Assembly: GCA_016867855.1 (NCBI GenBank)
Contig: VGIO01000003.1
Location: forward strand, 1-49,791
Direction: 5' to 3'
DNA: 49,791 nucleotides
Origin: Calditrichota bacterium
Lineage (GTDB): Bacteria; Electryoneota; AABM5-125-24; Hatepunaeales; Hatepunaeaceae
A program made the translations under genes and the position numbers. Shown one piece after another: positions 21,554-30,841 of this stretch. Positions within the stretch are counted from its first letter, which is position 1. Each line of letters starts with the position of its first letter. Below the pieces are notes generated by a model, which saw nothing but the letters and a program-made list of their open reading frames with translations, was not told where the DNA came from and did no database searches.

Positions 21554-22037
21554 AACGGTCTCAAATCGAATGTTTAGTGGTGTGGCTATTCAGATTGCTA
21601 CCCTAGGTCCGGTTGGCCGTCTACCGGTGGCGCCTGGCACTTGGGGCAGCGGCGCTGCGGCTATATTATGGTGGTGGCTGGCAGGCGTGTTTCAGTTTGC
21701 ACTCCTGGCTTCGTTCATCGTCCTGCTGGCGATTTTATCGATTATAGTCTCCACTATCGCCGAGCGGTGCCTAGGCTGCGACGCCCGGCCGATTGTCATC
21801 GACGAGGTTGTTGGGCAGTGGTTGGCGCTGCTCTGGTGTCCGCATAGTTGGATTTGGTTCGCCGGTGGATTTATATTGTTTCGCGTGTTCGATATATTCA
21901 AACCTTTTCCCGTTCGGGCATCCCAGAAACTGCCCGGCGGTTGGGGTGTAACGATCGACGATATATTAGCCGGACTTTATGCTGCATTATGTTTATACTT
22001 CATTGGGAGATTTTTCGATGGACTCGGGACGCTGTGA
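21546..22037 (+). CDS. pgpA: Phosphatidylglycerophosphatase A
   Basis: APGTWGS, IVIDEVVG, FRVFDIFKP and GVTIDDILAG. Start is 21537 or 21546. Confidence 0.95.
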   Translation: MAKTVSNRMFSGVAIQIATLGPVGRLPVAPGTWGSGAAAILWWWLAGVFQFALLASFIVLLAILSIIVSTIAERCLGCDARPIVIDEVVGQWLALLWCPHSWIWFAGGFILFRVFDIFKPFPVRASQKLPGGWGVTIDDILAGLYAALCLYFIGRFFDGLGTL

Positions 22038-23349
22038 ATTAATCGTTGTCGGGGATGAAATTCTACTTGGTCAGACGCTGGACAGCAACAGCCGCTACAT
22101 CGCCCGCCGGTTGACCGACAACGGAATGCGGCTGCACTGGATTTCGGTTGTCCCGGACGATAAAGACGAGATAAAAACCGCGCTCGACCGAGCCACTGGG
22201 CGCGCTTCAGCGGTGATTATAACCGGCGGATTAGGCCCGACTGCCGATGATTTCACCCGTCCGGTTATCGCGGGATTTTTCGCTGACAACTTAGTTTGGC
22301 GGCAGGATTTAGCGGATGCGATTTTAGCGCGTTTCGAGAAGCGCGCAATTCGCCCCTCGCCGGGCTGGGAGACAATGGCTTATTTTCCCAGCCGTGCCGC
22401 CGCCATTCCCAACGCCCACGGCGCCGCGCCGGGGATACATTATAATTATGTCCGCGACCACAAAGGCGCGACGGCGGTAGTGACGCCTGTTGCAGATTCG
22501 TTACAGTCTGTTGCCATTGAACCCGTCTTCAGAGAAGCCGGGCGGCAATTATTCGCCCTGCCCGGCGTCCCAGTCGAGATGCGCGGGATGTTTGAAGACT
22601 ATATCTTGCCACGTTTGATTGCAGCGCGCAAGGGCGTATTTAAGTCGCGCATATTCAAGACGGTGGGCGCCGGCGAGACGCATTTGGCAGCCTGCATCGG
22701 CGACCCGGCGGTTTTGGCGCCGGCAACGCTCGCCTTCCTGCCCAGCCTCGACCAGGGCGTCACCTTGCGTCTATCCTGCTCCGGCGACGATGTAAACTTA
22801 GTCCACCCTGTCCTTGAGAAAGGCTCGGCTATAATCAGAACGGCGATTCAATCTTATATTTACGCTACAGAGGAAATCCCTTTGGAAGCGGTCATAATCG
22901 ATATTTTGCGATATCGCGGCTGGAAGGCCGCGTTTGCTGAGTCTTGCACTGGCGGGATGATTTCCGCGCGCTTAACTTCCATCCCCGGTGCTTCGGATGT
23001 CTTCGAGCGCTGTTTTGTTACCTATTCCAACCAAGCCAAAGTCGAACTATTAGGAGTCGCGCCGGATATTATCGAGAACTACGGCGCAGTCAGCGAGCAA
23101 TGTGCGCGGGCAATGGCCGAGGGCGCTTGTCAGCAAGCCAAGGTTGATATTGCCATCAGCGTAACCGGCATCGCTGGGCCGGGCGGCGGAACTGTGGAAA
23201 AACCAGTCGGATTAGTCTATATCGGTGTAGCCGACCGCGGCGGCAGCAAAGTCAAGCGTTTCACCTTTGCCGGCGACCGCGACGACAACCGGCGGAGGGC
23301 CGCCTTAGCCGCGCTGACGATGTTATATCGTAAGTGCATCAATGCCTAA
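22018..23349 (+). CDS. cinA: Competence/damage-inducible protein CinA (MocF plus PncC domains)
   Basis: GDEILLG, TGGLGPT.DD, LPGVP.EM, AESCTGG, GAVS and TGIAGPGGG. ATG 22018 preferred. Confidence 0.95.
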   Translation: MDSGRCELIVVGDEILLGQTLDSNSRYIARRLTDNGMRLHWISVVPDDKDEIKTALDRATGRASAVIITGGLGPTADDFTRPVIAGFFADNLVWRQDLADAILARFEKRAIRPSPGWETMAYFPSRAAAIPNAHGAAPGIHYNYVRDHKGATAVVTPVADSLQSVAIEPVFREAGRQLFALPGVPVEMRGMFEDYILPRLIAARKGVFKSRIFKTVGAGETHLAACIGDPAVLAPATLAFLPSLDQGVTLRLSCSGDDVNLVHPVLEKGSAIIRTAIQSYIYATEEIPLEAVIIDILRYRGWKAAFAESCTGGMISARLTSIPGASDVFERCFVTYSNQAKVELLGVAPDIIENYGAVSEQCARAMAEGACQQAKVDIAISVTGIAGPGGGTVEKPVGLVYIGVADRGGSKVKRFTFAGDRDDNRRRAALAALTMLYRKCINA

Positions 23350-23363
23350 GTGTAATGTGCGAG

Positions 23364-23432
23364 GTCATTCGAACGGAGTGAAGAATCTCGTCTCCAAACC
23401 CAGACGAGGCTCTTCACTGCGTTCTGAGTAAC
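23364..23432. repeat. Palindromic repeat family C
   Basis: GTCATTC-GAACGGAGTGAAGAATCTCG...CGAGGCTCTTCACTGCGTTCTGAGTAAC. Related copies at 25617 and 42148. Confidence 0.75.
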
Positions 23433-23518
23433 CAAATTCCGTCTTTGACAGGATTTAGGTTCTAACTCTTTTTAACTTCTTTAACTTTCTAACTTTCTAA
23501 CTTACAACCGGATATCAA

Positions 23519-24748
23519 ATGCATAAATTAACCATCGACGACCTTGAATTGCGCGGTAAGCGCGCCTTTGTGAGGGTGGATTTCAATGTGCCGCTCTCAG
23601 CGGAAGGCAAGGTCGAAGACGACACACGCATTGCGGCTTCACTGCCGACATTGCGCAAAATCCTGCTCGCAGGCGGTTCGGCGGTTGTCGCCAGTCACCT
23701 TGGCCGGCCCAAAGCCAAGCGCGAGGAAAAATATTCGCTTAAACCGGTCGCGGATAAACTGCGGGAGTTGACCGGCTGGCCGGTTAAGTTCGTCCCGGAT
23801 TGCATCGGATTGGAGGTCGAAGCCGCTGCCCAGGCGCTTAAGTCCGGCGAAATTCTGCTGCTGGACAATGTCCGTTTCTACCCGGGCGAGGAAGCCAACG
23901 ACCCGGCTTTCGCCGCTCAGTTCGCCAAATTGGCGGATTACTATATCAACGACGCCTTTGGCTCGGCGCACCGGGCGCATGCCTCGACGCATGCTGTGGC
24001 TGGACATTTTCCCGGTCGAGCCGCTGCCGGTTACTTGATGGAGAAGGAACTGGCGTATCTCGGACGCGCGCTGGCTAATCCGCAAAGACCGTTTGTCGCG
24101 GTCATCGGCGGCGCGAAGATATCGACGAAAATCGATGTCCTGCGCAACTTGCTGAAGATGGTCGATTTACTGCTCATCGGCGGAGCGATGACTTATACCT
24201 TTGAGAAAGCCAAAGGCGGCAAGATTGGCAAATCGTTGTGCGAGGAAGATAAAATAGATGCCGCCAAGGAGATTCTCGCTTTGCCTGAAACCGGCAAATT
24301 GCGCCTGCCGGTCGATTCGCTCACGGCGCTAAATCCAGACGCCGTATGCGAGTCGGAAGTCGCCGGACAGAAAATCAAGCACATCTGTTGGCGCATACGG
24401 TTGTCCAATGCCATCCCGGATGATGAAATTGGCTTCGACATCGGGCCGGAAGCGGTGTCGGATTTCACAAAAGCAATTGCCGGCGCTAAAACTATCGTCT
24501 GGAACGGTCCGTTAGGAATGTTCGAGAAAGACTTGTTCGCCGGAGGGACGAAGGCGGTCGCACGAGCATTGGCGGATTTGACGGCGGCCGGCGGCATTAC
24601 AGTTGTCGGCGGTGGAGATTCCGTTGCGGCGCTGGAAAAATTTGGGCTGTCCGATAAGATGTCCCATATATCGACCGGCGGTGGAGCGTCGCTGGAATTT
24701 TTAGAGGGTAAAGTTCTCCCCGGTGTAGCCGCTTTGACGGATAAATAA
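23519..24748 (+). CDS. pgk: Phosphoglycerate kinase
   Basis: RVDFNVP, SHLGRP, DAFGSAHRAHAS, GGAK, WNGPLG and STGGGASLE. Confidence 0.98.
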   Translation: MHKLTIDDLELRGKRAFVRVDFNVPLSAEGKVEDDTRIAASLPTLRKILLAGGSAVVASHLGRPKAKREEKYSLKPVADKLRELTGWPVKFVPDCIGLEVEAAAQALKSGEILLLDNVRFYPGEEANDPAFAAQFAKLADYYINDAFGSAHRAHASTHAVAGHFPGRAAAGYLMEKELAYLGRALANPQRPFVAVIGGAKISTKIDVLRNLLKMVDLLLIGGAMTYTFEKAKGGKIGKSLCEEDKIDAAKEILALPETGKLRLPVDSLTALNPDAVCESEVAGQKIKHICWRIRLSNAIPDDEIGFDIGPEAVSDFTKAIAGAKTIVWNGPLGMFEKDLFAGGTKAVARALADLTAAGGITVVGGGDSVAALEKFGLSDKMSHISTGGGASLEFLEGKVLPGVAALTDK

Positions 24749-24823
24749 TTTCAAAACACAGAGGCACAGATGACACAGAGTAAAATCTCGGCGCTCTCTG
24801 TGTCTCTGTGTTAAAGGAGTCCT

Positions 24824-25582
24824 ATGCGGGAAATCGTTATTGCCGGCAATTGGAAGATGAACACCTTGCCGGCCGAGGGCGTTATTTTGGCTCGGGCTGT
24901 TGCAGATGTAACTGCAGCGATGACGCAGGTTCTGGTCGTAATTTGTCCGCCGGCGACACATCTGAAAGATGTCGTCGAAGCCGTGCGCGGCACATATATC
25001 GGCGTCGGCGGGCAGAATGTGCATTGGGAGAAGTCCGGCGCTTACACCGGCGAATTGTCGGCGGATATGTTGCTGATGATCGGCGCTAAATGGGTCATCA
25101 TTGGGCATTCCGAGCGGCGCAAGTATTTTGGCGAGACCGACGAAACGGTCAATAAACGTGCTAAACGGGCTTTATCGGCAGGACTGCGCCCAATCGTTTG
25201 CATCGGCGAGACTTTGGAGGAGCGTCAAGCCGGCAAGACCTTTGAGGTCTTAATGCGGCAGGTAAAAATCGGGTTGGACGGGCTTGTATTAAAGGGCCGC
25301 GGCGGACTGGTCATAGCCTACGAGCCGGTTTGGGCTATTGGCACCGGCGTCAACGCCACGCCGGAGCAGGCGCAGGAAGCGCACTATTTCATCCGCGGCT
25401 TGTTGAAAGTATCATACGGCGATGAAATTGCCGACCAAACCGTCATCCAATACGGCGGCAGCGTAACCGATGCAAATGCTGTCGAATTGATGGCTTGCCC
25501 GGATGTGGACGGCGCACTGGTGGGCGGCGCTTCGCTTAAAGCGGATGTATTCGGGAGAATTGTCAAGGCAGGAGTGAAATAG
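24824..25582 (+). CDS. tpiA: Triosephosphate isomerase
   Basis: GNWKMN, GHSERR, AYEPVWAIGTG, YGGSV and LVGGASL. Confidence 0.98.
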   Translation: MREIVIAGNWKMNTLPAEGVILARAVADVTAAMTQVLVVICPPATHLKDVVEAVRGTYIGVGGQNVHWEKSGAYTGELSADMLLMIGAKWVIIGHSERRKYFGETDETVNKRAKRALSAGLRPIVCIGETLEERQAGKTFEVLMRQVKIGLDGLVLKGRGGLVIAYEPVWAIGTGVNATPEQAQEAHYFIRGLLKVSYGDEIADQTVIQYGGSVTDANAVELMACPDVDGALVGGASLKADVFGRIVKAGVK

Positions 25583-25616
25583 AAAGATTATCCTAACTCG
25601 GTAGAAATGGCGGTTA

Positions 25617-25836
25617 TTCATTCCGGACGAAGTGAAGAATCTTGTTCAGGATGAGATTTTTCACTTCGTTTGGAGGAATCATCATCCCGCTGCGCAGTGC
25701 AACCTAAGATGAAAGGACACCCCCCTTCATCCCCCCGCAAGCGGGGGGAGAAGCGAGCAACAGCCGCAAGCGGGGGGAGAAGCGAGCAACAGCCGCAAGC
25801 GGGGGGAGAAAGCGCATATATTTTACGAGTAATGAC
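25617..25836. repeat. Family C palindrome interrupted by a family B element
   Basis: The right arm ...CACTTCGTTTGGAGGAAT is completed by GAC only after the B element. Confidence 0.7.
25677..25833 (+). mobile_element. Repeat element family B with two extra 29-bp units
   Basis: AAT core at both ends. Length is 96+58 bp. Confidence 0.85.
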
Positions 25837-25858
25837 GCGTCTGCGACGCGTTTCGCAT

Positions 25859-25994
25859 TAGAACGCGGCTTAAAAGTCTTTTCGTATGTCCAATCGAATG
25901 CTGCAGGGTGTCCACACTCTGCGGAAATACCAATCTTTACAGCAGGATGGGGACATCCTGCTGCAAGATGCGAAAAGACTTTTGAGCCGTGCTA
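25859..25994. mobile_element. MITE-like element E
   Basis: TAGAACGCGGCTTAAAAGTCTTTTCG...CGAAAAGACTTTTGAGCCGTGCTA, with an internal GCAGGATGGGGACATCCTGC hairpin and a degenerate inverse. Single copy in the window. Confidence 0.65.
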
Positions 25995-26086
25995 TAAAGA
26001 TAGATGACTGCATCGGAAAAGACTTTAGGGGAATAATATAAATAGTCATCTACTAGCATAGCCATTTATCATCAGCATTGGCATTG

Positions 26087-27031
26087 TCATCTTTTCATAA
26101 GAATACTCAACGCAAACGAATAGAGAATGTTCTCCGGATTTTCCGAGCGGGAGGTAAGGATGATAGGGAACGGCGCGCCGACGATGACCGAAGCCGACGA
26201 AGCGCCGCAGAGTGTAATCAGCGATTTGAACAGGACATTGCCGACATGGATGTTATTGACGACCAAGATGTCGGCTTGACCTGCGACTTGGCTTTTCATC
26301 TTTTTCTTCTCAACAGCGTGCGGATTAATTGCCAAATCCAGCGACAGCGGACCATCGACCGAGACGCCCTTGGGGAACTGTCCGCGCTCGCTCATCTTGG
26401 CAATGATAGCCTCCTCCAAGGCTACAGGCATACCGGGCGTCACAGTTTCGACCGCGGCTAACAGGGCAATTTTCGGCTCTTTAATACCCAATCCGTTAGC
26501 GAACTCGGTCGCATTTTGGATCAACTTGAGACGCTCCGGCAGCTCGGCGTTGACGACTAAGGCGCAATCGGTTAGAAAGAGCAGCCGGTCGATAGGATAC
26601 ACATTCAGCACGACGATATTTGTCCACAGACCGCCCGGCTTGCGCAGTCCGAGTTCAGGGTCGAACAGGGCGGTGAAAAAGTCGCGCGCCAGGAGATTGC
26701 CACGCATCAGAATATCCGCCTTGCCTTCCTGAATCAGTTTCACTGCTTTCACGGTTGCCGTATGATGGTCTTTTTCGACGATGATTTTCCAATTTGAGCG
26801 CTTTTCGCCTATTTGGTCGAGCATTTCGTTGATATGCCGTTTATGCCCGATTAAGATCGGCTCGATTAAACCCTGCTTTCTCCCCAGCGCGAGACCCTTC
26901 AAGGTCAATTTATCCTGCGCCACCGCTTCGACAATGCGATAAGGTCCCTGTTGTTTGACTGACTCTTGAGCCTTGACATAAATCTCATCCAGTGAGCGGA
27001 TGGGCTCGTCGATGTTTATATTAAATTTCAT
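26087..27031 (-). CDS. Phosphate butyryl/acetyltransferase (PTA_PTB family), paralog 2
   Basis: ADILMRG, KIALLAAVE, DGPLSLDLA, GN..FKS and ILTSRS. Confidence 0.9.
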   Translation of the reverse strand: MKFNINIDEPIRSLDEIYVKAQESVKQQGPYRIVEAVAQDKLTLKGLALGRKQGLIEPILIGHKRHINEMLDQIGEKRSNWKIIVEKDHHTATVKAVKLIQEGKADILMRGNLLARDFFTALFDPELGLRKPGGLWTNIVVLNVYPIDRLLFLTDCALVVNAELPERLKLIQNATEFANGLGIKEPKIALLAAVETVTPGMPVALEEAIIAKMSERGQFPKGVSVDGPLSLDLAINPHAVEKKKMKSQVAGQADILVVNNIHVGNVLFKSLITLCGASSASVIVGAPFPIILTSRSENPENILYSFALSILMKR

Positions 27032-27040
27032 TTGAGCGCC

Positions 27041-27991
27041 CTAACCTTTCTTGAGAAAGTGAGAAACGACTACTGCCAAGGCAATGGATGCCAGTTTATT
27101 GAAGGCCGGGTCGGCGCGGGAAACCAGACTAATGGGCGCTTTGGCGCCGAGTATGACGCCGGCGAAGGAAGCCCCGCCGAACTGAATCAGCGATTTGGCG
27201 AGGATATTACCCTCCTCAATCGAATTTGCCACGACGATGTCGGCATTTCCGGCGACATCCGATTTGATATTTTGATATTCGACGGCTTGCGGCCAGACCG
27301 CCGTGTCGAAACTCATCGGTCCGTCGATGTAGCATTGCTTAATCTGCTCACGCTGCGCCATTTTAGAAAGGGCTGCGGCTTCGAAGGTCTCCGGAAACGC
27401 TTGAACTACATAATCCACCGTTGCCAGCATCGCCACGCGCGGCCGTTCGATGCCCAGCGCCCAACCCACTAACACCGCGTTGCGGATGATATCAATTTTC
27501 TGTTCGAATGTTGGCTTGATGACCATCCCGCCGTCGGTAACGCCTAAGAGTTTCGGATATAACTTAGGCGACAGAATAGCGGTGTGCGCTAGTAGGCCTT
27601 TGCGGCGCAAGCCGTATTTTTGCCTTAGGACGCTTTTTAGTAATTTAGATGTCGGCAGGATGCCTTTCATTATAATATCGGCTTGACCGATGGCGACCGC
27701 CATTGCGCAGCGCTCGGCGGATTCATCGTCGTCGGCCGTGTGTATAATATTGAATTCGGCCGGTCGGCTGTTGTGTTGTTCGATGAGCGCGCCGATTTTA
27801 GCGCTGTCGCCGAACAGCATCGACTGGGCGATACCGGCTTCTTGGGCTTTGACGGCGGCTTCGATCGCGGCGTCGTCGTGTGCCGCGGCGACAGCGACTT
27901 TATGCGGTTCGCCGCTCCCGCTGATTTCGCGGGCGCGCTCGAGGATCGCTTCCATTGTTGTCAAGTGCGGCAGGGAGATTTTTTTAGGCAT
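27041..27991 (-). CDS. ptb: Phosphate butyryltransferase, paralog 1
   Basis: VAVAAAHD, ADIIMKG, TDGGM, DGPMSFD.A, GNILAKS and VSRAD. Confidence 0.88.
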   Translation of the reverse strand: MPKKISLPHLTTMEAILERAREISGSGEPHKVAVAAAHDDAAIEAAVKAQEAGIAQSMLFGDSAKIGALIEQHNSRPAEFNIIHTADDDESAERCAMAVAIGQADIIMKGILPTSKLLKSVLRQKYGLRRKGLLAHTAILSPKLYPKLLGVTDGGMVIKPTFEQKIDIIRNAVLVGWALGIERPRVAMLATVDYVVQAFPETFEAAALSKMAQREQIKQCYIDGPMSFDTAVWPQAVEYQNIKSDVAGNADIVVANSIEEGNILAKSLIQFGGASFAGVILGAKAPISLVSRADPAFNKLASIALAVVVSHFLKKG

Positions 27992-28089
27992 TAATTGTTT
28001 GTTATTTATTGAAGAGTCGAAAAATATACAATCTTAAATATATCAAAACCTTATTGTTTAAGCAACTATGAAAAGAGCGCAGTCAGAAT

Positions 28090-28107
28090 TTGGAAAAAAT
28101 TTCACAA
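28090..28107. promoter_or_regulatory. Possible Rex-like operator upstream of the ptb pair
   Basis: Minus strand TTGTGAAATTTTTTCCAA: one perfect half-site and two mismatches in the other. Confidence 0.4.
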
Positions 28108-28187
28108 TGATATATTTTGGATGGTTAGGTATTGTGTGAAGGCAATACCGAGTTGCCATCAAAAGATTATAAACTGCGCCAAGAGAT

Positions 28188-28338
28188 GAGCTAATTACAA
28201 AAGTGATGATTAATCAAGAAAACTCAGACCAAGGCAAGGCGGACGCCCACGTCCGCCGAAAACCAAGCCTAGAATGCAGCGGACGAGGGCGTCCGCCTTG
28301 CCATCAGTTAATAAATGCAACACTTTTGCAATTACCTC
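28188..28338. mobile_element. MITE family A (151 bp), TSD AGAT
   Basis: Same TIRs, with AGAT at 28184-87 and 28339-42. Confidence 0.92.
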
Positions 28339-28381
28339 AGATTAACAGCAGATTCTACAGATTACGCGGATGTGTAATCGG

Positions 28382-28405
28382 GTAACCCGGTTTCTTGAAG
28401 CGGGA
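28382..28405 (+). repeat. Degenerate copy of the 18037 REP-like palindrome
   Basis: GTAACCCGGTTTCTTGAAGCGGGA. Confidence 0.5.
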
Positions 28406-28462
28406 TTAAAATAATTAGGGTTCACTTTGACATTCAAACGTTCATCTCAAAAATAAAGACCT

Positions 28463-30841
28463 ATGAAACTTCGCTTAGCCGGGATATTCTGCTTAAGTTT
28501 GTCCCTGATGCTGTTTGAATTGACTTTGATACGCGCCTATTCGGCGACGCTGTTTTATCATTTTGCCTTTATGGCTATCTCGGTGGCGATGCTGGGGCTG
28601 GCCGCTGCCGGTCTGACAGTTCATCGCGTCGGGCACTGCTTCCGCGCCGACAATCAAGCAGTCTGGGCTGGACTTTGGACGGTTTTTTTTGCAGTTTCCG
28701 TTCCGGCGGTGATGTGGTTAGTTTTTCGCATTCCAGTGAATGCTTATCTGCCGCCGAACCAAATCGGCGGCAAATTGACGGCCATATATTTGCTGTCGGC
28801 GCTGCCGTTCTATTTCGCCGGTTTGACTATCAGCGGCTTGTTCGCGGCGCGCTATAGGGAAATAGGAAAACTCTACGCTTGGGATTTAGTCGGCGCAGGT
28901 TTGGGCGCGCTGGCGATTATCCCGCTGCTCAATTGGGCCGGCGGTGAATCAGCCGCGTTTTTCATCTCCATCCTGGGCTTTGTCGCCGCAGCGCTGTTCT
29001 GCCGCGGCTTTAGGCGGCGGATAGCCGTCGGACTCGCCTTCTTGATGTTGGCATTGGGCGTCACCAACGACCGTTTCGGCTGGTTGGAGATTATTTACAG
29101 CAAGGGCCAGAAATTAGCCGGGCTGGACATTCGTTATAATAAATGGAACTCTATTTCGCGCATTCTGGCGATACCGTTTCGCCCCGGCACCGACGCAGCC
29201 TATACCTGGTGTCCATCGCCGAACTATCCGCTGCCGACGATGGAGCATTTAAGTCTGATGATCGACGACGGCGCAGCTTCGCCGGTTCTGCCGTTCGATG
29301 GTCGTAATCTGTCGCCCATCCAATATTTGCTGTTCGATTTGACCGCCCTGCCGCACCGTCTGCGCGGCGGCGGCGAGACTCTAATCATCGGCTGCGGCGG
29401 TGGAAGGGATGTGCTGACCGGACTCTTAGCCGGCGCCAAACGAATCGACGCAGTGGATATTAATCCTTTAGTCTTCGATGCGATGAACGGCGCCTTGTCT
29501 TCGTTCAACGGGCATTTGTATAGTCACCCGCAGGTAACTCCGGTCGTCGCCGAAGGGCGCGCTTATGCCCGCCGTCATAAGGGCGAATACGATTTAGTGC
29601 AGATTGCGATGATCGACACCTGGGCCGCGACCAGCGCCGGGGCTTATGCGCTCAGTGAGAACAGTCTCTACACCGTCGAAGCCTTTGTCGATTACATCCA
29701 CGCTTTGAAACCGGATGGAATGTTCAGTTTCACGCGCTTCTTTTTCACGCCGCCGCGGCAGGCGCTGCGTTTAGTTTCGTTGTTCCTTGCCGCCGCTGAG
29801 CGCACCGGCATCGAGCAGCCCGACCGCTGCATACTGGTCGCCAAATATGAAAGCCTCGCCACGCTGATATTTAAGAAAGAACCTTTCAAGCCTGAAGAGA
29901 TACTCAACTTCCGTCGCGACCTATCCGAACTCGGCTTCGACCTCGTTTATTCGCCCGACCAGCGCCCCAATCCATTCTTTAAGAATTTAATTGAGTCTAA
30001 TAATCGCCTTGACTTTTACGAACGCTATCCCTTCGATGTAACGCCCTCGACCGACGAGCGTCCATTCTTCTTCAATATCTTGAAAATGCGCGACTTTTTG
30101 CGTGTATTTGAGATTAAAGAAGGTCAGAAATTCAATTACTATGCCACCTATACGCTGTTGGTCCTGTTGTTTATATCGGTGGTTTCGACTGTCGTTGTGC
30201 TGTTGCTGCCGATCGCTATTTGGGGCGAGAGGTCCGCTCGTTTTCAGGGACGCTGGGCGCTTTTAACCTATTTTGTGTGTATTGGTTTGGCGTATATTAT
30301 GATTGAGACGGCGTTGTTGCAGCGTTTTGTCCTTCTGCTGGGCAATCCGCTCTATTCGGCGGGAATAGTCGTGGCTGCGATGCTGGCGTCCAGCGGCTTG
30401 GGCAGCCTTTATTGGGGGCGGCTGGGGCCGGCGAATCGAGCCAAAAGCCTGCGGACAGCGTTCTATATCATTGTTATCGGATTGACGCTTCATATATTAA
30501 CAGGTTCTAAATTAATCCATTATCTATTGCCTTACTCAATAGTAATAAAAATCATCGCCGTTGGGATGTTATTGCTGCCGCTGGGTTGGGCGATGGGATT
30601 TCTGCTGCCGGCGGGGATAACCGCCGCCGGCGCACGCGGACCCGGCACGGTGGCATGGTGCTGGGCGGTGAACGGCGCTGCCAGCGTGGTCGCGGCGCCG
30701 TTGTCCGTCGCCTTGTCGATGAGCCGCGGCTTCAACGCCACGTTAATCTGGGCGGCGCTCTGCTATATAACCGCCTTCGCCCTCCAGTATTTCATCATAT
30801 CACGTCGGATTCAAAGCACGTCGGCCGTGGAGGTTGGATAG
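28463..30841 (+). CDS. Spermidine-synthase-like SAM-binding polytopic membrane protein
   Basis: TM bundles flank a class I SAM domain (LIIGCGGGRDV, VDINP, AEGR, YDLVQ, ENSLYTVEAF, TDERPFF). WAVNG near the C-terminus. Confidence 0.8.
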   Translation: MKLRLAGIFCLSLSLMLFELTLIRAYSATLFYHFAFMAISVAMLGLAAAGLTVHRVGHCFRADNQAVWAGLWTVFFAVSVPAVMWLVFRIPVNAYLPPNQIGGKLTAIYLLSALPFYFAGLTISGLFAARYREIGKLYAWDLVGAGLGALAIIPLLNWAGGESAAFFISILGFVAAALFCRGFRRRIAVGLAFLMLALGVTNDRFGWLEIIYSKGQKLAGLDIRYNKWNSISRILAIPFRPGTDAAYTWCPSPNYPLPTMEHLSLMIDDGAASPVLPFDGRNLSPIQYLLFDLTALPHRLRGGGETLIIGCGGGRDVLTGLLAGAKRIDAVDINPLVFDAMNGALSSFNGHLYSHPQVTPVVAEGRAYARRHKGEYDLVQIAMIDTWAATSAGAYALSENSLYTVEAFVDYIHALKPDGMFSFTRFFFTPPRQALRLVSLFLAAAERTGIEQPDRCILVAKYESLATLIFKKEPFKPEEILNFRRDLSELGFDLVYSPDQRPNPFFKNLIESNNRLDFYERYPFDVTPSTDERPFFFNILKMRDFLRVFEIKEGQKFNYYATYTLLVLLFISVVSTVVVLLLPIAIWGERSARFQGRWALLTYFVCIGLAYIMIETALLQRFVLLLGNPLYSAGIVVAAMLASSGLGSLYWGRLGPANRAKSLRTAFYIIVIGLTLHILTGSKLIHYLLPYSIVIKIIAVGMLLLPLGWAMGFLLPAGITAAGARGPGTVAWCWAVNGAASVVAAPLSVALSMSRGFNATLIWAALCYITAFALQYFIISRRIQSTSAVEVG

